DNA of 64,000 nt from Tepidisphaera sp. (lineage in GTDB: Bacteria > Planctomycetota > Phycisphaerae > Phycisphaerales > UBA1924). The notes under the pieces were generated by a model. That model was not told the DNA's origin, made no database searches, and saw only the letters and a program-made list of their open reading frames with translations. The stretch is from the NCBI GenBank assembly GCA_050916045.1, contig CP051526.1, forward strand, positions 2,624,001 to 2,688,000. The letters are read 5' to 3'. The position numbers and the translations under genes are program-made. Positions 58,245-64,000 of this stretch are shown here, one piece after another. Each line of letters opens with the position of its first letter. Within the stretch, counting starts at the first letter, position 1.

Positions 58245-59628
58245 ACGAGATCCCCGTCCGCCGGCACCTGCGAAGGTGCCCGGAGCGTCGGTCGCCCAGG
58301 CCTTGGGAGAGAGACAGAAGCCGAGCGTGGAGCGTCTGTTGTCCGAGCCTCTACATGGGGTGCCGGTTCGCGTGATCCTTGTCGGAAAGACGGGGTTGGA
58401 CGCCAAATTGCGTCTGGACGCTTCCGCCGAAGTGATCCGCGTTCGTTCTCCCATGGAAGCCATCGGCGAGCTTGGCTCGCCGACCGAAGCGGCCGTTCAT
58501 TCGGTCGTGATCGTGGGTGATGAAGCGGGGTCGGTGTCGACAAATCCGGAAGTGGCTTCGGACTTTGCTCGCGGCGTGCGGGTGATCGACGAGGACATCA
58601 CGGTGCTTCGGGTGGGAGCGGTGAACGAAGGGGGCGCGTTTGACGGCTTGGTGCCATCGGATGTGTCCACGACGGTGCTTCGCGAACTGCTTCGCAAGCC
58701 GCGGGGCCGCATCGCGGAGACGGCGGCGCCATCGCGCCCGATGACACCCCCGAGGCCGAAGACCGCGGAAGACGTGCGTCCGTCCAACGACCCCCTCATG
58801 GTGGAGATCCCCAGCGGGCACACGCCGGAGATGGGCGATGAGGATGTGATCAAGGCGCTGGTGCGCGGGCAGGACATCCTGCCGGCGGCGCTCGCGGTAC
58901 TTCGCCGCAGGCTTGGCGATCCGACGCTCTCGTTCGACGCGAGCCCGGAAGCCGGCGGGAAAGCGGTCGCGACGGTGGCGTGGGATGCGACGGTGTACGG
59001 CGTGCTGACGGGCAAGCCTTCGCACGGGCCCAAGCTTGCGCGGGCGGCGGAGTGGCTTGCGTCGTGGATGCGGCTTGCGGAGCAGCAGAACGCGCTGCGG
59101 AACGCGGCGTTCACGGATCCGCTGACGGGCGCGTTCAACCGCCGGTACTTCGACAAGTTCCTGGCGTCGGCGATCGAATCGGCCCGCGAGGAGCGTCGGT
59201 CGGTGACGGTGCTGGCGTTCGACATCGACGACTTCAAGACGTACAACGATCGGTTCGGCCACGCGACGGGGGATGAGATCCTTCGCGAGGTGGTAAAGCT
59301 GCTTCAGAGCGTGGTGCGTCCGACGGACCGCGTCTGCCGCATCGGCGGGGATGAGTTCGCGGTGATCTTCTACGAGCCCAAGGGCCCGCGCGAGAGCGGC
59401 AGCCGCCATCCGCAGACGATCCACGCGATCGCGGACCGATTCCAGAGCCAGATCCGCGGGCACAAGTTCCCCCGGCTTCAGGAGGCTCCCGGCCCGCTGA
59501 CGGTGTCCGGCGGCTTGGCGACGTACCCGTGGGACGGCGCGACGGCGGCGGATCTCTTGGCGAAAGCGGACCAACTGGCGCTTGAGAGCAAGCGACAGGG
59601 GAAGAACGTCATCACCATCGGCGGGTGA
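58222..59628 (+). CDS. Diguanylate cyclase (GGDEF)
   Basis: TDPLTGAFNRR, DIDDFKTYNDRFGHATGD, I-site RPTD and intact RIGGDEF. Confidence 0.94.
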   Translation: MTTIGLPERDPRPPAPAKVPGASVAQALGERQKPSVERLLSEPLHGVPVRVILVGKTGLDAKLRLDASAEVIRVRSPMEAIGELGSPTEAAVHSVVIVGDEAGSVSTNPEVASDFARGVRVIDEDITVLRVGAVNEGGAFDGLVPSDVSTTVLRELLRKPRGRIAETAAPSRPMTPPRPKTAEDVRPSNDPLMVEIPSGHTPEMGDEDVIKALVRGQDILPAALAVLRRRLGDPTLSFDASPEAGGKAVATVAWDATVYGVLTGKPSHGPKLARAAEWLASWMRLAEQQNALRNAAFTDPLTGAFNRRYFDKFLASAIESAREERRSVTVLAFDIDDFKTYNDRFGHATGDEILREVVKLLQSVVRPTDRVCRIGGDEFAVIFYEPKGPRESGSRHPQTIHAIADRFQSQIRGHKFPRLQEAPGPLTVSGGLATYPWDGATAADLLAKADQLALESKRQGKNVITIGG

Positions 59629-59694
59629 ACGCGCTAGTCACGATCGCGTCGGGTTGTGACCACGCGGTGAACGCGACCTCCAAGCGACCTGCTT

Positions 59695-60345
59695 TCAGCA
59701 GCCCGTCTCGAAGTTCTCGACGAAGTCGGCGTAGTCGAAGAAATCAACGAAGTCGTCTTCGTTGAAGTCGGCGGGGCACGAGGGGGTCCCGACGGTGATC
59801 TCGGCGGTGAAGTAGGCGATGCCGCTCGCGTACTCGGGCGACCAGATGAAGGAGGCTTCGGATCCCATCAGGGCGAAGTTGCCCCAGGGGCCCGAGCCGT
59901 TGGGCGCGATGACCCGCACCGGGGTGGTGTCCACGCCGAAGCCGACGGTGCTGACGACCCAGCCGGAGGCACCCGTCGTCAGCGTCGCGCCGCCGTTGGT
60001 GCCGCCGACGAACACGCCGTCGGTGCTATCGAGCAGGAAGCGGCCGATGAACATCTCGGGACGACCGGTGTCCTGCGCCCGAACATGGAGGTAGTACGTG
60101 CCCGAGCGGGTCAGCGTGATCGAACCGGTGAAGGTGCTCGGCCAGCTATCGCCCTGAAGGAAGAGGCGGCCGGGGTTGTTCGGCGTGCGGCTGACGGACG
60201 CGGAGATGATGTTGTCGGCGGTCGCAAAGCCGCTGAGGACGACATCGGCCGAAGCGGATGAACCGGCGAGCAACGCGGCCGCGGCAAGGCCGGTGTGAAG
60301 GCGAGCGAAGGCCTCACGAGCACGCATGTTGACGAAGAGATTCAT
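59695..60345 (-). CDS. Small secreted protein with single-repeat GC-type dockerin tail
   Basis: Signal peptide ASA-D; ADN...YYLHVRA; tail CPADFNEDDFVDFFDYADFVENFETGC. Confidence 0.82.
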   Translation of the reverse strand: MNLFVNMRAREAFARLHTGLAAAALLAGSSASADVVLSGFATADNIISASVSRTPNNPGRLFLQGDSWPSTFTGSITLTRSGTYYLHVRAQDTGRPEMFIGRFLLDSTDGVFVGGTNGGATLTTGASGWVVSTVGFGVDTTPVRVIAPNGSGPWGNFALMGSEASFIWSPEYASGIAYFTAEITVGTPSCPADFNEDDFVDFFDYADFVENFETGC

Positions 60346-60498
60346 CTCGATCTCTCCCTTTGGATGAGGTCAAGTCCAGGCCCGGGCGTGCTTTGCGACG
60401 GAGTTTGCGGCGGATTCGGCGCGGGGAATGACCGCGGAAAGGTCTCTGGAACGCCCTATAATCGCGGGCGTCGGTTCTTCCATATGAAGGAGTTGAGC

Positions 60499-61059
60499 AT
60501 GCTGATCAAGCGGGCTTTCGTGACGGGAGTGTTGGTTGCGGCTTGCGTGGGTGTGTCGGTGATGTCGGGCGGGTGCTCGACGGCGCCGTCGTCGGACTCG
60601 GAGAAGCTGGTGCTTCGCGACGATGCGGATCGCACGCTTCGGATGGCGCGGAAGAGCGACTCCTCGCTGGGCTCGTTCCTTGATGCGGCGAAGGCGTACG
60701 CGGTCTTCCCGACGGTGGGCAAGGGTGCGATCGGCGTTGGCGGGGCGTACGGGCGCGGCGTGCTTTATCAGGGCGGAGCGATCGTTGGGTACTGCGACCT
60801 GACGCAGGCTTCGATCGGGTTCCAGCTTGGCGGGCAGGCGTACTCGGAGATCATCGCGTTCGAAACGGACGCGGCGGTTGCGCGGTTCAAGTCGGGCAAC
60901 TTCGCGTTCGCGGCGCAGGCAACGGCGGTGGCACTCAACTCGGGCGCCGGGGCCAACGCCAAGTATGCGGACGGGGTCGCGGTCTTCACGATGGGCGAAT
61001 CCGGGCTGATGTACGAAGCGTCGGTTGGCGGGCAGAAGTTCTCGTACGAAGCGAAGTGA
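60499..61059 (+). CDS. YSC84/SYLF-like lipoprotein
   Basis: Lipobox SGGC; AVFPTVGKG..GVGGAYGRG, SIGFQLGGQ.YSEII, GLMYEASVGGQKF. Confidence 0.9.
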   Translation: MLIKRAFVTGVLVAACVGVSVMSGGCSTAPSSDSEKLVLRDDADRTLRMARKSDSSLGSFLDAAKAYAVFPTVGKGAIGVGGAYGRGVLYQGGAIVGYCDLTQASIGFQLGGQAYSEIIAFETDAAVARFKSGNFAFAAQATAVALNSGAGANAKYADGVAVFTMGESGLMYEASVGGQKFSYEAK

Positions 61060-61099
61060 ACCCGCGGAGCATCCGCTCCACCACGTATGGCTTGACGGT

Positions 61100-61174
61100 A
61101 AAAAGACGCGAGCCCGCCTTGGCGGCGGGCTCGCGAACAGAGCAATCAAAACTCCGCTCACGGGCGGAGTTTTT
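61100..61174. terminator. Two tandem hairpins between convergent genes; bidirectional termination
   Basis: CGCGAGCCCGCC/GGCGGGCTCGCG preceded by A5; AAAACTCCGC/GCGGAGTTTT. Confidence 0.75.
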
Positions 61175-61182
61175 CGATGGCG

Positions 61183-62484
61183 TCAATCGAGCGGGACGAG
61201 CTTGATGTCGCGGAAGTGGATCTCTGAGCCTTCGGACTGGAGGCAGATGAACCCGGCGACCTCTTCGACGTCGATGGCGCGGTTGGTTTCGACGCCGTTG
61301 ATCTTGAGGACGACGAGGCCCTTGTCGACGGTGATCTCGTACTCGTTCCACTCGCCGAGGGGCCGCTCGGGGTTGGCGGCTTTGGGGTCGCGCTTGGTGT
61401 TGCGGCCGTTGGTGCGGGACTTTTCGGCGGTCATCTTGAATTCGTCGATGTTCCAGAAGTCGCCGGCCTGGCCGGACTGGAGCTGGGCTTCGACGCTCTT
61501 GGGCCAGACCTTGTCGTCGCCGACCATGCGGAGGAGGACGCCGGAGTTGCCCGCGCCCTTGGTGGGGTCGAAGCGCCACTGGAGGCGGAGGATGTAGTTC
61601 GTGTACTTCTTCTCGGTGCGGATGTAACCGACGGGGTTGCCTTTGCAGATGATGGCGCCGTCCTTCACGGACCAGACGTCTTCCATCTTGCCGCCTTCGG
61701 GGAGGATGGCCTTCCAGCCGGTCATGTCCTTGCCGTTGAAAAGCTCGACCTGGTTGGCGAGGGGAGCGGCGAGGTCGCGAGCGTGGACGTTGCGGAGGGC
61801 GAGCTCGGTGTCGCCGTGGTCCTGGACGGCGATGAAGCCGGCGGGGAGAACGCCGAAGCCCTTCCAGTCCTTGAACTTGCTGGCGGCGATCTTGTCGGCC
61901 CATTCCTTGGTGGGCTTGCCGTCGGGCCCGAAGATGGTGGCCTCGACGACCTTGGAGCCGTTGAGCCAGTGCTGGAGGAGGCCGTTTCGGAGGTAGATGC
62001 GGCCGTGGTTCCACTGGCCGGCGGGCTTCATGGTCTTTCCTGCGGAGGGCGAGTAGATGTCGTAGAGGGCCGCACAGGAGTGCGGGTCGGTGGGCTTGGC
62101 GCCGTAGGTGGCGTCCTCGAGGAGCTGGTATTCGGCGCCGGTCATGTAGGTGGCGTCGCCGGATTCATCGACGCGCCACATGATGCCGGAGTTGGCTTTT
62201 TCGCCGAGTTTGAACTCGAAGGAAAGCTCGACGTCGGTGTACTTGTCGACGGTGATGATGTCCCCCCCACCGCCGCCTTTGGAGATGGAGAGGACGCCGT
62301 TTTCGAGGGTCCAGCCCTTGGAGGGGAAGGCGTTGGCGCGATAGCCGCGCCACTTGGAGGTGGCGTCGGGGCCGGTGAGGTTGCGCCAGCCGGCGGCGGT
62401 GTCGGCTTTGGTCAGGGGCTCGGTTTGGGGGAGGGAAGCCAGACAGGCGGTTCCGGCGAGGGAGAGGGCGAGCAGCGTGACCAT
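61183..62484 (-). CDS. Secreted tandem DUF1080 (3-keto-disaccharide hydrolase family) protein
   Basis: Two domains with NSG motifs, WNH/WNE, GFIAVQDHG and GFICLQSEG..IHFRDIK. Confidence 0.9.
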   Translation of the reverse strand: MVTLLALSLAGTACLASLPQTEPLTKADTAAGWRNLTGPDATSKWRGYRANAFPSKGWTLENGVLSISKGGGGGDIITVDKYTDVELSFEFKLGEKANSGIMWRVDESGDATYMTGAEYQLLEDATYGAKPTDPHSCAALYDIYSPSAGKTMKPAGQWNHGRIYLRNGLLQHWLNGSKVVEATIFGPDGKPTKEWADKIAASKFKDWKGFGVLPAGFIAVQDHGDTELALRNVHARDLAAPLANQVELFNGKDMTGWKAILPEGGKMEDVWSVKDGAIICKGNPVGYIRTEKKYTNYILRLQWRFDPTKGAGNSGVLLRMVGDDKVWPKSVEAQLQSGQAGDFWNIDEFKMTAEKSRTNGRNTKRDPKAANPERPLGEWNEYEITVDKGLVVLKINGVETNRAIDVEEVAGFICLQSEGSEIHFRDIKLVPLD

Positions 62485-62655
62485 GGAGTTTCTCCGAGGG
62501 GGGTGAGGGGGGATGCGATCAGGAGTGTACCAGATCAGGGAAAGTGCGGGGGTGCGGGGAATGGGGCGGAAAAGGGCGGATTCTGGTAGACTGGGGCGAG
62601 CGAACCGCCTGCGGTCCTTGGTTGGATCCACGCCTTCGCGATCGGAGGCTCTGTG

Positions 62656-64000
62656 ATGCTGCTGAACAAACGTCGGATCGGAATGTCACTCCTTGGTCTG
62701 CTGGCGATGGCGGGGACGGCGCTTGCGGAGCCGCCGACGGATGCGCAGATCGAGTCGGTCATCACGAAGATCGCCGAAGCCGGGAAGGACGAGAAGGACC
62801 GGGCGGCGCAGACGAAGCTGAAGCAGGAAGCGGCGAAAGCGGCGGTGGCGGAGATGAAGCTGGGCGAGGCCTCGCTCGCGCAGATCGAGAAGCTTGTGGA
62901 TGCGCGTATTCTGGGGATGTACACGGACCTGCGGGATGCGGCGGCGCCGCGGCTTGCCGAACTGGCGAAGGGTTCGGGGAAGGATGGGGCGCGAGCGGCG
63001 GAGCTTTACGCGGCGTACCTGCCGATTGATCGGCGGACGCAGGATCCGGACAAGATCGCGAAGAACAACGAGATGGCGGCGGACGCGATCCTCGGCGCGG
63101 TGAAGCACGCGGGCTATGGCGAGCTTGTGAAGTCGGGGAAGGGTGATGGCGTGTTCCGCCCGCTTTCGTCGCTTCCGGCGAAGGTGATCGCGGACAAGAA
63201 GCTTCTTGAAGCGGTGGAGCCGTTCATCACGACGGAGCTTTCGCCGCAGACGGTGAATTCGCTTCGGTCGCTGATTTCGACGATGAATGACGATGAGGCG
63301 AAGGATGTGCTTTCGTCGGAGCTTCGCGAGAAGATCCGCTTGCGGATCGTGGCGGCGGCGGATGCGGCGATCGAGAAGAACAAGAACGCCGAGGGGCCGG
63401 CTGCGCAGCAGGTGAAGTTCCTGAAGGACACGAAGGCGCTGGCGGATGGCGCGTGGGCGAAGGGGACGCTGATCGGGAACCCCGCGCCGGCGATCGAGTT
63501 GACGTGGGTGTCGGATGATGGCAAGCAGAAGAGCTTCGCGGACTTCAAAGGCAAGGTCGTGATGATCGACTTCTGGGCGACGTGGTGCGGGCCGTGCCGC
63601 GCGGCGTTCCCGAAGATGGCGCAGCTCGCCGAGCGGTACAAGGGGCACGATGTCGTGATCCTCGGGCTGACGAGCGTGCAGGGGTTCCACATCGGGACGG
63701 ACGAGGAGAAGCGGGCGCGGATCGACTGCAAGGATGATCCGAAGAAGGAGATGGAGCTGATGCCCGGGTTCATGAAGGGCATGGGCGTGAACTGGACCAT
63801 CGCGTTCGGGGACAAGAGCTGCTTTAACCCGGACTTCGGCGTGCAGGGGATCCCGCACGTGGCGATCATCGACTCCAAGGGAATTGTGCGGTACAACGGC
63901 CTGTACCCGAACCCGGTCGAAGAATCTGAGAAGATTGATGCGCTGCTGAAGGAAGCGGGCCTCAAGGCTCCGGAGAAGCCGTTCGAAGTGGCGGCACCGG
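62656..64000 (+). CDS. Exported TlpA-family thioredoxin-like protein, truncated by the window end
   Basis: Manual translation MLLNKRRIGMSLLGLLAMAGTALAE...; helical N-terminal part; KGKVVMIDFWATWCGPCR, FGVQGIP; GGAGG RBS; no stop codon in the window. Confidence 0.9.
   Translation, partial: MLLNKRRIGMSLLGLLAMAGTALAEPPTDAQIESVITKIAEAGKDEKDRAAQTKLKQEAAKAAVAEMKLGEASLAQIEKLVDARILGMYTDLRDAAAPRLAELAKGSGKDGARAAELYAAYLPIDRRTQDPDKIAKNNEMAADAILGAVKHAGYGELVKSGKGDGVFRPLSSLPAKVIADKKLLEAVEPFITTELSPQTVNSLRSLISTMNDDEAKDVLSSELREKIRLRIVAAADAAIEKNKNAEGPAAQQVKFLKDTKALADGAWAKGTLIGNPAPAIELTWVSDDGKQKSFADFKGKVVMIDFWATWCGPCRAAFPKMAQLAERYKGHDVVILGLTSVQGFHIGTDEEKRARIDCKDDPKKEMELMPGFMKGMGVNWTIAFGDKSCFNPDFGVQGIPHVAIIDSKGIVRYNGLYPNPVEESEKIDALLKEAGLKAPEKPFEVAAP

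Overview
A 64 kb window of high-GC bacterial chromosome, very probably from a Phycisphaerales planctomycete. This is inferred from three GC-type dockerin-tailed secreted proteins, a PEP-CTERM-like protein, CxxCGY...CPECG zinc-ribbon membrane proteins, DUF1080 and DUF1570-like proteins, and ftsW-murG with no other dcw genes. It is mostly core and accessory metabolism: nuoH, phospholipase C, an ECF42-type sigma factor with a DGPF/YciI gene, manA, fabZ, rsmA, an S41 protease, tRNA-Arg(CCG), ada, nth, apbE, an anti-/anti-anti-sigma pair, valS, rpsA, ftsW, murG, a GGDEF protein and a TlpA-like protein. I found no CRISPR array, integrase, transposase or prophage. The most unusual signals are at DNA level: (1) a REP-like inverted-repeat doublet lying in frame inside valS; (2) a second, compositionally foreign segment in valS; (3) an AT-richer orphan gene after tRNA-Arg, bracketed by nested inverted repeats and two REP-like doublets with covarying stems; (4) divergent apbE and FGE-domain genes whose starts overlap; (5) long structured leaders before the PEP-CTERM gene and rpsA. 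All family assignments come from recognising motifs by eye; no searches were run, and start codons are best guesses.
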